64,000 nt of DNA from Candidatus Moraniibacteriota bacterium (GCA_942490825.1 CALNYG010000013.1:189359-253358); one strand, 5' to 3'. Counted from the first letter of the stretch, positions 45,623 through 55,642 are shown. Notes: generated from the sequence alone by a model not told the origin. A program made the numbers and translations.

Positions 45623-47535
45623 AAAACAAAACAATATATTTAGCAGTTGCAATATTCATTATCGGAATATTTTTACGAACCTATCATTTTACAGATTGGT
45701 TACATTTTGAACTCGATCAAGCACGAGACGTTTTTATAATTTCAGACGCAATTGATGGAATAAGGGATTTACCATTGCTCGGTCCGCAAGCACGTGGGCG
45801 AGAATTACAACTTGGTCCAATTTTTTATTATTTCCAATTTTTTTCTGCGAAGATTTTTGGAGTATCACCAGTCTCCGTAGCTTTTCCAGATTTACTATTT
45901 TCTATTTTGACAATTCCGTTATCTTATTTTTTCGCTCGGCAATTTTTTTCAAAAAGAATTAGTTTTTTACTTTTTGCGATGACGTCTTCCTCATATTTTT
46001 TAATTGTTTATGGGCGATTTGCGTGGAATCCAAATTCAATGCCTTTTTGGTCAATGTTGGCAGCTTATTCATTATTAAAAGTGTCGCGTCATTGTAGCAT
46101 AGAGGTTGAAAATTCTCAGTTTAGAAGATGCATTAATCTTAAAAATTGGTTTAAAAATAAATTTATTGTAGAAAAAAAGATATCTTGGTGGTTTGTACTT
46201 GCGGTATGTGCAACTTCGATTTTAATGCAATTACATTTTATCGCTTTTTTATGTTTCCCAGTCGCTTTTTTTGTTTATTTTATTTTTTCAAAAATTCAAA
46301 CTTCTTGGAAGACAATTTTAGTTTCGATGATTACAATCATTCTTTTATGTTTGCCAGTTATCATTAACGAGTACAAAACTGGTGGACAGAATACAAGAGG
46401 TTTGATTGGCTCAGTTACAGAAGATAGAAATGATGACCATGACTTAATAGAAAAAACCATTCGATCTTTTCAAGAGACAGCAACTTTTTATTTCACAATT
46501 TTTACAGGCGATCAGCATGGAAGAGATTTATTGATTACAAAAAAACAAACACATGGATATTTTCCTTTGATTTGTGATAAAACTTGTAAAGAGCGATTGC
46601 CTTATTTAGTTTTGGCGATAATTTTCTTTTTAATTTCATTGGCAACTTTTCCTTTTTATATTTTTAAAAGAAATTTTTATGTTGTTTATAAAAAAAGTGG
46701 ATTGCATAGAAACAGAAAATCTTTTAAATTGTTTTTCCGAAAAATTTCATTTGCAACTAAAATTGCTTGGAATAACTTTTCTTTTTCACGTTTTAAAAAA
46801 TATTTTAGGGGATTGAAAAAAGTAAGACAAAGTTTTGAAAAAGTTTTATTGAAAAAACATTCAGCGATATTTTTAATTGTGCCTTGGTTTTTGATGGGTG
46901 GTTTATTTTTAACTTTAGTAGCTTATCAAATTTCTCCTCGTTTTTATCTTTTTATGTATCCACCATTTTTAATTTTATTGGGATCGGTATTTTATTTTAT
47001 GGAAAAAGTTTTTGTGAGATTTGGTAAATTTATTACAGTGGGACTAACGATTATTTTAGTTGCAATAAACTTTTTTAATATTAAAACTAGTTTTACGGAA
47101 TTAAACAATTCAATAAATGAGAATATTGAGCCAAGTCGAGATCTTGTTATGAAACGATCAGATCGGATTACTTTGGGTCAGTTAGAAGATATTGCAGATT
47201 ATATCTTAGAGAGCAATGAGAGCAATAATAAAATTGTTGTTGGGGATAATCGATATGCTCGAGCGATTTATTATTTAGTTAGTTCTAAAAGTGAAAAAGA
47301 TGTGTTATCATGTTATGTAAAGAGGGGCGGATTTGATAAGAAAAGTGTGCAAAATAGGAATTTTTATGTTTTAGTTCGGGAGAAGACAGAGAAAAAGATT
47401 AATGAAAAAATGTTAGAAAAACATAAAATTGTTGATGAAAAGTCTTTTGGAACTTTGAAGTTGTATGAATTAAATTTAAAAGATGATTTAAATGTTGAGA
47501 ATGTCAGTAATCCAATAGGGTGTTTTGTTCGGTAA
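45619..47535 (+). CDS. GT-C fold membrane glycosyltransferase (ArnT-like), full-length paralogue
   Basis: Multi-TM protein. Motifs FELDQARD, LGPIFYY, FAWNPN. C-terminal soluble domain ending in FGTLKLYEL. Confidence 0.7.
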   Translation: MKNKTIYLAVAIFIIGIFLRTYHFTDWLHFELDQARDVFIISDAIDGIRDLPLLGPQARGRELQLGPIFYYFQFFSAKIFGVSPVSVAFPDLLFSILTIPLSYFFARQFFSKRISFLLFAMTSSSYFLIVYGRFAWNPNSMPFWSMLAAYSLLKVSRHCSIEVENSQFRRCINLKNWFKNKFIVEKKISWWFVLAVCATSILMQLHFIAFLCFPVAFFVYFIFSKIQTSWKTILVSMITIILLCLPVIINEYKTGGQNTRGLIGSVTEDRNDDHDLIEKTIRSFQETATFYFTIFTGDQHGRDLLITKKQTHGYFPLICDKTCKERLPYLVLAIIFFLISLATFPFYIFKRNFYVVYKKSGLHRNRKSFKLFFRKISFATKIAWNNFSFSRFKKYFRGLKKVRQSFEKVLLKKHSAIFLIVPWFLMGGLFLTLVAYQISPRFYLFMYPPFLILLGSVFYFMEKVFVRFGKFITVGLTIILVAINFFNIKTSFTELNNSINENIEPSRDLVMKRSDRITLGQLEDIADYILESNESNNKIVVGDNRYARAIYYLVSSKSEKDVLSCYVKRGGFDKKSVQNRNFYVLVREKTEKKINEKMLEKHKIVDEKSFGTLKLYELNLKDDLNVENVSNPIGCFVR

Positions 47536-47546
47536 ATTATAATAAA

Positions 47547-47876
47547 ATGAGGAGATTTGAAAATTTTTTAACAGAAGTTTTAATATATATTGTGTTCAGA
47601 CCTTTTAGACTTTTTGCTTTGACTATCATTGGAATTTGTTTGATGGATATTTATAATGTGAATACGGTTAGTAATGTATTAATTTTTTCTACTGGAATGA
47701 TTATTTTATGGAATGCAAGAGAATTTTATATTAAAAATGATATTGATTTCATTAATTATAAATTGAGAGAATTAATGAAAAAAGAGGGGACTGCCGAATA
47801 TATATTTAAAAGAGGTCCTGAAAGAAAGTGGAAGTTTAGAGAAAGGCTTACATATATAGAAGAAATGAGAAAATAA
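47547..47876 (+). CDS. hypothetical small membrane protein
   Basis: ATG 47547 (MRRFENF) is preferred over the overlapping ORF-track start at 47520. Two hydrophobic helices. Confidence 0.4.
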   Translation: MRRFENFLTEVLIYIVFRPFRLFALTIIGICLMDIYNVNTVSNVLIFSTGMIILWNAREFYIKNDIDFINYKLRELMKKEGTAEYIFKRGPERKWKFRERLTYIEEMRK

Positions 47877-47908
47877 TTTTTTTATTATAATTAAAATAAA
47901 GTAAGTTT

Positions 47909-49045
47909 ATGAAAAAAATAATTTTATTAAGTTTATTTATTGGATTGGTAATTGGAGGTGGATGTTATTTTAAAAAGTATAATACCTATGAATACCAACA
48001 TAAAGGATTTTTCCCATTACCAATTCTAAAACCACTTTGGGAAAGAAAAATTCCAACTGAACAAGATGTAAGAATTGGAATAATCACTGATAATCACGTT
48101 CACGCCAAAAGAATTGATCGAGAAAATAAAACTGATGAAGCGCCTCGTTACTTAAATGAAAAATATACGCAACCACTTGATGATTTTAATAAAGGTATGA
48201 AATCATTTAAACCAAATTATATTTTTCAGTTGGGTGATGCAATTGAAGGAACAGGCGATGAAGATTTTGTTGGTATTATGGGACTAGAGTTAATTCGAGA
48301 TGAATTGAAAAAATCTGGTGTGCCAGTGTATTTTGCTATAGGAAATCACGAATTAAGAAGCATAAACAAAGAACAATTTAAAGAAATTTTTGAATTGGAA
48401 GATACTAATCAATACTTTGATGATGGTGTTTATCGTTTTATTGTTTTAGACTCGAATTGTTATACGGAAGATAGGGAAGCAGGAGTAGATTGTTCTAAAG
48501 TTGATGGTAATTTTTCAGATAAGTCTTTTGCTTGGTTGGAGCCTTTGTTAGATACAGACAAACATGTTTTTGTGTTTGCTCATCACCCACTTTTTGGTAA
48601 AAATAATGGTGCTAATAATATTCCAAATGCTGGAGAACGTTTAAGAGAAGCTTTTGGAAAATATAATGTAACAGCTGTTTTTAACGGGCATGTTGAAAAA
48701 AACTATATTATGGAACAGGATGGTGTAAAATACTATTCTTTTCGAGGACCTAAAAAAAGTTTCAAAAAACAGATACCTGTTCAACGACCTTTTTATGAGT
48801 TGAAGATTGATGACGCTGAACCTAATGTAGAGATGATTTATGTTAGTTTGGATAATGAAAAGAGTGTTAGAATTGATTTTGAAGAAGAAATTGATGAATT
48901 AGAGACAGAATGTAGGGAGGTAGTAGGACAGAAAAAATTGGAAGAAGAGAGAGAGGAGAAAGAAGAGGAAGAAAAAAAACAGAAAAAATTGGAAGAGGAG
49001 GAAAATGAGAATGAAAAGGGCGGCGAAGAATATGAGGAAGATTAA
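47909..49045 (+). CDS. calcineurin-like metallophosphoesterase, probable lipoprotein, E/K-rich tail
   Basis: Motifs DNHVH, GDAIEG, GNHE, AHHP, NGHVE. Lipobox-like GGGC. Confidence 0.8.
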   Translation: MKKIILLSLFIGLVIGGGCYFKKYNTYEYQHKGFFPLPILKPLWERKIPTEQDVRIGIITDNHVHAKRIDRENKTDEAPRYLNEKYTQPLDDFNKGMKSFKPNYIFQLGDAIEGTGDEDFVGIMGLELIRDELKKSGVPVYFAIGNHELRSINKEQFKEIFELEDTNQYFDDGVYRFIVLDSNCYTEDREAGVDCSKVDGNFSDKSFAWLEPLLDTDKHVFVFAHHPLFGKNNGANNIPNAGERLREAFGKYNVTAVFNGHVEKNYIMEQDGVKYYSFRGPKKSFKKQIPVQRPFYELKIDDAEPNVEMIYVSLDNEKSVRIDFEEEIDELETECREVVGQKKLEEEREEKEEEEKKQKKLEEEENENEKGGEEYEED

Positions 49046-49059
49046 TAATTTTTTGTTTT

Positions 49060-49551
49060 ATGAATTTAATAGAAATTTTTAATAATGTTCGGGACATACC
49101 TTATGAATTACCAACAAATATTAATAATAAAAACAATTCCTGTTTAGGAAAGCATAGAAAATTAAAAAGTCTCTTAGAAAAAGAGGGGATTAAAGCTAGG
49201 TATAAAATTTGTTCATATTTGTGGAATTCGATGAACTTGCCAGAAAATGTTTTAAGTTTGATTGAAAATGACGAGGCGACTCATTTATATTTAGAAATTT
49301 TAATAAATAAAAAATGGATTATTTTAGATGCAACTTGGGATAGTAATTTGAAAAATATTTTTGAAGTTAATTTTTGGGACGGTAAGAGTGATACAATGAT
49401 AGCAGTTAAGCCAGTTAAAATATTTAGCGTAGAAGAAAGCGAGAAAATTATAGGAGATATAAGTGCTCAAGATGTTTTAAATAATTTAGGCAAAGATTTA
49501 GATTTTAAAAGTACTTTTAATAATTGGTTGAGTGAAAATAGAATAAAATAA
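49060..49551 (+). CDS. transglutaminase-like (Cys-His-Asp) domain protein
   Basis: Ordered core NSCLGKH ... THLYLE ... ILDATWD. Confidence 0.55.
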   Translation: MNLIEIFNNVRDIPYELPTNINNKNNSCLGKHRKLKSLLEKEGIKARYKICSYLWNSMNLPENVLSLIENDEATHLYLEILINKKWIILDATWDSNLKNIFEVNFWDGKSDTMIAVKPVKIFSVEESEKIIGDISAQDVLNNLGKDLDFKSTFNNWLSENRIK

Positions 49552-49566
49552 TAATTAAATTTTAAT

Positions 49567-51168
49567 ATGCAAAAAATTATAAACGAAATTAAGAACTATA
49601 AATATATTTACATCACTTTATTTTTAGTAATAATTTTAGGGTCTTTTTTGCGTTTGTATAATTTAGGAGAGAATTCATTTGTAGCTGATGAATTTTTAGA
49701 TGTAAATGCAACTTATGGTTATCATCAGCTTGGAGAATGGCAAGCATGGGATTTCAATCATGATAAAGTCAGTGTACGTGACAATAAACTTAGTGATGAA
49801 CGTGCATGGATTTATCGTTGGCAGGTTAGTCAGTTGTACAAAATTCTGCCTCCAGTAGAATTTACGATTCGTTTAGTTAGTGCATTTTGGGGAATTTTAA
49901 CTATTTTAATTTTATATTTTATAACTTTAAGTTTCACAAAAAATCGTTGGATTGCATTAATTTCAGCGTTGTTGTGGGCAGTGAGTGTGCCAGCAATTGA
50001 GATAAATAGAAAAATCAGAATGTATTCAATGTTTGCGCCAATATTTCTTATTTTTTCTTGGTCAGCCTTTCAATTCATAGAAACCAGTAAGAAAAAAACT
50101 AAAAGCCTATTAAAATCATTTTTTAATTTTAATTGGGTGTACTTTTTACCAGCGATGTTCTTTGGATTACTGTCTCTACATTTACATCAATTAACTGGTA
50201 ATCTAGCCTTGGTGGTTTTTACATATTGTTTGGTTAGATTTTTTATTGAATACAGAAAGGAAAATAATTTAAATCGATATGTTTTTTACGTTACAGGGAT
50301 AATTTTGGTTGTATTAGTTTTTTCAATAGCAGCCAAAACTCAATTTGAATGGTTGATAAATACTTTAACTTTCTTTGAAAATCATTGGAAATATTTCAAC
50401 CACATTGGTTTAAATTACGGGAATACTTTAGTGGGTTGGTTTTTAATTTTTGTGGGTAGTTGGTATTTAACGCGGAATAAATATATTTATAAAAGCGGAT
50501 TATGGATTGTATTAAATTTTTTTGCTATATTTTTAGCAGCAGTTTTTTTGTGGGAGAGAAATGTTGGTCCGCAATATATATTTTTCATCCAAAGTTTTAG
50601 TTTAATTTTAACAGCGAGTGGAATTTATGTTTTAGCTAAGTTTATCGCTGAAGCACTTTCTTTTCAATCAGTTAATATTTTTAATAAAAATAAAAAATAC
50701 GGACTAAGTAAAGAGCAATGGTTTCCAGTTGTTGTGGTTTTGTTTGTAATTTTAGTTTTAAATTTAGGGTACTTTTTTCAGAAAAATAATACTTATCACT
50801 TAACAAGAACATCTGATACACCGAATTACCGAAAGGTTTTTGATTATGTTAAAAGGAACTATCAGGAAGGTGATGTGATGATTACTCGTAATTTTAGAAA
50901 TTATTATTATAATGATCTGGATGTTCAGGTTTTTGATTTTGGAACGGAGAGAAGTGATAAGGCTATCAAAGCTGAAGGCAAGGTTCAAGAGATTAGCCTT
51001 GATTATGTTAAAAAAATTGTTACAGAAAATCCAAGCGGTTGGGTTGTTTTTTCTGATAATGATGAGACTTTTATTGAAAAAGAAGCATTGAAGTATTTTG
51101 AAGATAATTTTAAAAAGATTGATGATTCATCGTTGGTTCGAGGTAAAATAAAAGTTTATCAGTGGTAG
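49567..51168 (+). CDS. GT-C fold membrane glycosyltransferase (ArnT/PMT-like)
   Basis: Multi-TM protein. First-loop motif FVADEFLD. C-terminal soluble domain. Confidence 0.7.
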   Translation: MQKIINEIKNYKYIYITLFLVIILGSFLRLYNLGENSFVADEFLDVNATYGYHQLGEWQAWDFNHDKVSVRDNKLSDERAWIYRWQVSQLYKILPPVEFTIRLVSAFWGILTILILYFITLSFTKNRWIALISALLWAVSVPAIEINRKIRMYSMFAPIFLIFSWSAFQFIETSKKKTKSLLKSFFNFNWVYFLPAMFFGLLSLHLHQLTGNLALVVFTYCLVRFFIEYRKENNLNRYVFYVTGIILVVLVFSIAAKTQFEWLINTLTFFENHWKYFNHIGLNYGNTLVGWFLIFVGSWYLTRNKYIYKSGLWIVLNFFAIFLAAVFLWERNVGPQYIFFIQSFSLILTASGIYVLAKFIAEALSFQSVNIFNKNKKYGLSKEQWFPVVVVLFVILVLNLGYFFQKNNTYHLTRTSDTPNYRKVFDYVKRNYQEGDVMITRNFRNYYYNDLDVQVFDFGTERSDKAIKAEGKVQEISLDYVKKIVTENPSGWVVFSDNDETFIEKEALKYFEDNFKKIDDSSLVRGKIKVYQW

Positions 51169-51178
51169 TTTTTAAATA

Positions 51179-52609
51179 ATGAAGTACATTAACTCTATGC
51201 AGAAAATAAAAAAATTTTTAAATTCAAATTATTTAATTTACTTCATTATCGTGTGTGTAGGGATATTTTGGTTTTTTATAGCTTATCAAAAATATGATAA
51301 TTTTGTCTTTCATGTTGGAGATACTGCAATTGAAGAAAATTCTTTTTGGAATACTATTCATGGAAATTTTTTTTATCAGAGCAATCTTACTTCTGCAGAC
51401 AATAATTTTCGTGAACATGTTAATTTTAGTAGGTTTTTATATTTGCCCTTCTATTATATTTTCCCACACACTCTAGTTTTCTTTTCCATTATCCAAATAA
51501 TGTTTATCATTGCTGGAATATGGTTGTATCGTTTTGCACTGGGGTTAATCGGAAAAGTAGGGGCTATAATTTCTACAGCTTTATTTCTTTTCAATCCATT
51601 AACCGCAGCCCAAACAGTTGGACCGATGCATGTTGTAGCTATTTGCACACCTCTATTTTTATTTCTATTAATTTCTTATACTAATAGAAATTATAAACAT
51701 TTTCTTATTTGGACACTTGTTGTTTTATTCTCATCTGAATTTACTTCTCCTACTATATTTATGGTAGGTTTATTGGCTTTATGGGATCGTCGTGGATGGA
51801 AATGGTATCTTTTTCCTATGTTGAGTAGTATTATTTTTTATTTTATTACGCAGTCATTCATTACTGTGGGCGCTAGTAAGTCTATGATTGATAATTTTAA
51901 ATGGGATTCATTAAAAGAAATTAATAAATTGGATAAGCGTTTAGATTTTGTTTTTAGCTTTTTAAAGCCATTGCTTTTTATCACTCCATTTTTTTCTCGT
52001 TATATAATTTTGTTAATTCCTTCGATAATTGTTGCAATTTTTATTATAGTAACAATAAGGAGATTTGAAGATGGAGCTCATATATTTTCTTTTATCCCAG
52101 CAATTTTAGCTATTATATTTATAGATCTTGCTAAAAAATGGTCTAATAAAAAAAGAATATTGTTGTATGCTATATCAATAATTGGTATTATTATAACGCT
52201 ATCAAGTTATTTTGAATGGATGAAAATAGATGGTAGATTAGAAAAAAATACATCGGATAAGGCAGTATCTTATGTTATTGATGTTGGAAGTGTAACCAGC
52301 ACTCCTTTTATAGGAACACATTTATCAAGAAGAACATATTTTTATCTTTGGGAGAATGATCAATTAACAGATTATGTCATATTGAATTTTAATAAAAATG
52401 GGAAAAAAAATAAAAAGATTGGTGATGGTGACAGATATATAGATAGAGTTTTTTTGTCAGATAAATATAAAGAAGTTTTTTACGAAAATAAAATTATTGT
52501 TTATATTAAAAAAGAAAAATTAAAAGAATTATTAAAGTTACCTATTGAAGAAATAGAAAAAATGTCTCAAGATGATTTACAAAATAAGTTGTTAAATATA
52601 AAAAAGTAA
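51179..52609 (+). CDS. polytopic membrane protein, DUF2079-like (putative GT-C)
   Basis: About 12 TM helices. First-loop acidic motif HVGDTAIEENSFWN. Assigned by resemblance and context. Confidence 0.5.
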   Translation: MKYINSMQKIKKFLNSNYLIYFIIVCVGIFWFFIAYQKYDNFVFHVGDTAIEENSFWNTIHGNFFYQSNLTSADNNFREHVNFSRFLYLPFYYIFPHTLVFFSIIQIMFIIAGIWLYRFALGLIGKVGAIISTALFLFNPLTAAQTVGPMHVVAICTPLFLFLLISYTNRNYKHFLIWTLVVLFSSEFTSPTIFMVGLLALWDRRGWKWYLFPMLSSIIFYFITQSFITVGASKSMIDNFKWDSLKEINKLDKRLDFVFSFLKPLLFITPFFSRYIILLIPSIIVAIFIIVTIRRFEDGAHIFSFIPAILAIIFIDLAKKWSNKKRILLYAISIIGIIITLSSYFEWMKIDGRLEKNTSDKAVSYVIDVGSVTSTPFIGTHLSRRTYFYLWENDQLTDYVILNFNKNGKKNKKIGDGDRYIDRVFLSDKYKEVFYENKIIVYIKKEKLKELLKLPIEEIEKMSQDDLQNKLLNIKK

Positions 52610-52624
52610 TTTTTAAGTTATATT

Positions 52625-54106
52625 ATGCAAAAAAACATATTCAAAAAAAATAAAATAGCCATAATTTTTATAGTGATTTTAGCTCTAGGATTTTTTCTGA
52701 GGGCATTTAAATTCGATGACTGGATGCATTATCAGTTAGATCAAGCTCGAGATTTTAAGGTAATTCATGCAGTTATAAAGTATGGACCAGGTGAGTTGCC
52801 ATTGCAAGGTCCAAAAGCAGCAGGAAATGTAATGATTAAATCAAAAGGCTCTGATGTTGCTGATGATAAGACAACACTTCGATTAGGTCCGCTTTTTTAT
52901 TATATGGAATATGCCAGTGCTTTGATTTTTGGGGATAGTCCAACTGGTAGTATTGTTGTAATTTTAATTTTTTCATTTTTAACGATTCCACTTTTTTATA
53001 TTTTTACTCGAGAGTTTTTTAATCAAAAAATTTCTTTAGCATTGATGACAATTTTTTCAGTTTCGATATTTTTCGTAACCTATAGTCGCTTTAGTTGGAA
53101 TCCAAATTTGATACCATTCTTTATGCTGGCTTTTATGTATAGTTTATTGCAAGTTACAAAGGAAAAAGGAAAATACTTGAATCGAACTTTGTATTTTATT
53201 AAAAATTTAAGAAATAATTTACGATTTAATAAAAGTAAAATTTTAACTAAACTTGAAAAAACAATTGAAAAAGTTTCTAGTCACTTTAATAAAGACCCTA
53301 AAAAACAAAAAGGTTGGTGGTTAATGACAACGAGTATTTCTTTGGCGTTCTTAAGCAATATGCATTTTTTGGCTTTTACGATTGCACCAATTATTGCGAT
53401 TGCATATTTTGTGTGGACTCGACCTCGTGTGGCTTTGAAATATTGGCTAGGGGCGATTGCAATTTTTGTTTTTTTGAATATTCCGTTGATTATTAATGAT
53501 ATAAAAACTGATGGTGAAAATTCAAAGGCTTTTGTGGCAGCTATCTTAAAGAAATCAGATGTTGACACTGGTGAAGGTGCGGATGAGGATAACGATGAAA
53601 ATAAAGGAGAAGATGCTCATAATCTAATTGAGAAAATGGTAAGAAATACAAGCGAACATTCTCGGTATAATTGGATGATTTTAACCGGAGATCAGCGAGC
53701 AGAATTGCCCGAAATTAACTATCGAGATATTAAATGTGATAAAAATTGTAGGAATGGATTTTTCAGAGGAATCATTTCATTTATAATTTTATTTTTAGGT
53801 GTGATTGCCGGAGCTTTTCTTTTTTGGAAAGAAAAAGAAATTGAAAAGAAAAATTTTCTAAAAATTATCATTTTATGGCTAGGTGTTAATTTTATGGCGT
53901 ATGTTCCGCTGTCTTATGATTTAGCGCCAAGGTTTTTCTTGTTAAGCGGTCCATTAGTGATTGTTTTGTGGGGGATGGTTTTGAAAGTTGTTTTACAAGA
54001 TAATAAGAAGTATTTACGTGTGGCGACTTGGTCAATTGTTTTTACTTTGGTTATTTTGATCTTGTCGTTGATATTTGAGTTTGTAGTGGGGGGATTTTTT
54101 ACTTAG
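52625..54106 (+). CDS. GT-C fold membrane glycosyltransferase, paralogue of 45619-47535 lacking the C-terminal domain
   Basis: Shares YQLDQARD, LGPLFYY and FSWNPN with the paralogue. Ends at a TAG after the last TM helix. Confidence 0.7.
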   Translation: MQKNIFKKNKIAIIFIVILALGFFLRAFKFDDWMHYQLDQARDFKVIHAVIKYGPGELPLQGPKAAGNVMIKSKGSDVADDKTTLRLGPLFYYMEYASALIFGDSPTGSIVVILIFSFLTIPLFYIFTREFFNQKISLALMTIFSVSIFFVTYSRFSWNPNLIPFFMLAFMYSLLQVTKEKGKYLNRTLYFIKNLRNNLRFNKSKILTKLEKTIEKVSSHFNKDPKKQKGWWLMTTSISLAFLSNMHFLAFTIAPIIAIAYFVWTRPRVALKYWLGAIAIFVFLNIPLIINDIKTDGENSKAFVAAILKKSDVDTGEGADEDNDENKGEDAHNLIEKMVRNTSEHSRYNWMILTGDQRAELPEINYRDIKCDKNCRNGFFRGIISFIILFLGVIAGAFLFWKEKEIEKKNFLKIIILWLGVNFMAYVPLSYDLAPRFFLLSGPLVIVLWGMVLKVVLQDNKKYLRVATWSIVFTLVILILSLIFEFVVGGFFT

Positions 54107-54113
54107 AGAGTCA

Positions 54114-54743
54114 TTGTTGAGGATAATTATTTTAGGAATTATTTTAGGTATTATTTTGAAGTTTGGTAAAAAGTATTTTAAAATTATAGTAGTTTTGATT
54201 ACCTTAATTTTTATAATTTCTAATTTAGTGTTTGTATTTCTATATTTTAATGAATTATCTCAAGCAAAAAATAATCCTGATTTAACGATTAAAACCGATT
54301 ACATTTTGAAGGAAAAAACTAGAATTACCTTGGAACAGACAGAAGAAATTGTTGAATATATGGCAAGTAAGCATGAGGAAAATAATTATCCTATTTTTAT
54401 TGATGCGCAAGCAGAATTTAAGCGGGCTTTTTGGGAAAGAATTGGCATACGAGATATTCCTCGTTCGCGTATTTCGAAAGATTTAAAAAGTTTGTATCGA
54501 GAAGGAAATTACTTTATTATTATTCGTACGCAATCGGATGAGGAGAGTTATTTAGAGAAGTTTAAAGTAGGTATGGATATTGTGAATATTGAAGTTTTTG
54601 GAACTTTGACTTTGTATGAGTTAAAGCCAAAAGAGGATTTTATTAAAGCGGAAAGAAAAGAATTTGAACCAGATGAGCGTGATCCGAAATTTAGTTCTAG
54701 TGCACAGGTTAGATTTTTGTGGCGACAGATTTTTGAAAAATAA
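54114..54743 (+). CDS. TM-anchored protein homologous to the C-terminal domain of 45619-47535
   Basis: TTG start. RITLEQTEEIVEYM and FGTLTLYELKPKEDF parallel RITLGQLEDIADYI and FGTLKLYELNLKDDL. Confidence 0.5.
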   Translation: MLRIIILGIILGIILKFGKKYFKIIVVLITLIFIISNLVFVFLYFNELSQAKNNPDLTIKTDYILKEKTRITLEQTEEIVEYMASKHEENNYPIFIDAQAEFKRAFWERIGIRDIPRSRISKDLKSLYREGNYFIIIRTQSDEESYLEKFKVGMDIVNIEVFGTLTLYELKPKEDFIKAERKEFEPDERDPKFSSSAQVRFLWRQIFEK

Positions 54744-54756
54744 TTTAGTTGAGAAT

Positions 54757-55605
54757 ATGAGTAAAAAAGTTGAACAATTAAAGGGTAAGTTAGACAAATT
54801 AGAGAAAGAAATAAATGATAAAGATGAATTCTATAAAAAAGAATTAATTGACTGGATAGTTGAATGTACAGCTTTATTTTCACAATTAAAAGTTAACAAT
54901 GAAATTATAAAAAGATTTATTGATGTTTTTGATGTTAGAAAAATTGGATTTGAAGAAGAGACATCAGAAAAAGCAAGAGCCTCAACAGAACCTAACTCTT
55001 TTAGCCATTGCAACCATTCGTTTACTGGTGGCGTTAATGAAATAAAAGATTGTTATAAAATGAATGAATCTGGTAAAAATAGTAAAAATATTTTTTATGT
55101 AAATTTAGCTTTCACAACAGCTAGAGCAATTATAGAGAATGAAGAAGAAAATGAAAGATTAGTTCCAAAATATTTGATAGAGACTTTGTTTAAAAGTGGA
55201 AATTATCTGCACATAATTTCCTCATTAGAATTAATTGAGGATAATTATGAAGAGAGAAATTCTGATGGACTAATTACAAATACAGTAACTTTATTAGATT
55301 CAATTTTAAATTTAGATGAGGATTTGAGAATAATAAAAAACGAAGGTAAAAAAGATAGAATTAGAAGTATCGGTTTAAAGTTAGAATTTTTAGAAAAAAA
55401 TGTTATAGCTAGGCAAAGATTTGGAGTCAGTCATGATATTATTAAGACTTTAAATAATGCACGTGTTATTAGAAATGTTAAAAATGTGCATAAAAAAGAT
55501 TCACCAATAGAATTTAACACGCCTTTTATTGTTGCAATGGGATTTGCGAGTATCACTATTTTATTTTTAGAAATGACAAATGCGACTGGTGAAGTGATAA
55601 AATAA
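54757..55605 (+). CDS. hypothetical protein with an N-terminal coiled coil and a C-terminal R-N-x4-H motif
   Basis: ATG 54757 (MSKKVEQLKG) is preferred over the overlapping ORF-track start at 54664. No family recognised. Confidence 0.5.
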   Translation: MSKKVEQLKGKLDKLEKEINDKDEFYKKELIDWIVECTALFSQLKVNNEIIKRFIDVFDVRKIGFEEETSEKARASTEPNSFSHCNHSFTGGVNEIKDCYKMNESGKNSKNIFYVNLAFTTARAIIENEEENERLVPKYLIETLFKSGNYLHIISSLELIEDNYEERNSDGLITNTVTLLDSILNLDEDLRIIKNEGKKDRIRSIGLKLEFLEKNVIARQRFGVSHDIIKTLNNARVIRNVKNVHKKDSPIEFNTPFIVAMGFASITILFLEMTNATGEVIK

Positions 55606-55622
55606 AATTTCTTTATACTTTA

Positions 55623-55642
55623 AAAGCCCGTGCGGCGAGCAC
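55623..55642 (+). repeat. GC-rich 20-mer, copy 6
   Basis: aaagcccgtgcggcgagcac. Identical to copy 1. Confidence 0.9.

Noticed and set aside
48925-49000. Direct repeat cagaaaaaattggaaga(a/g)gag x2 in the metallophosphoesterase tail
   Set aside because: It simply encodes the low-complexity E/K-rich tail (QKKLEEE twice). It is probably slippage and not a separate feature.
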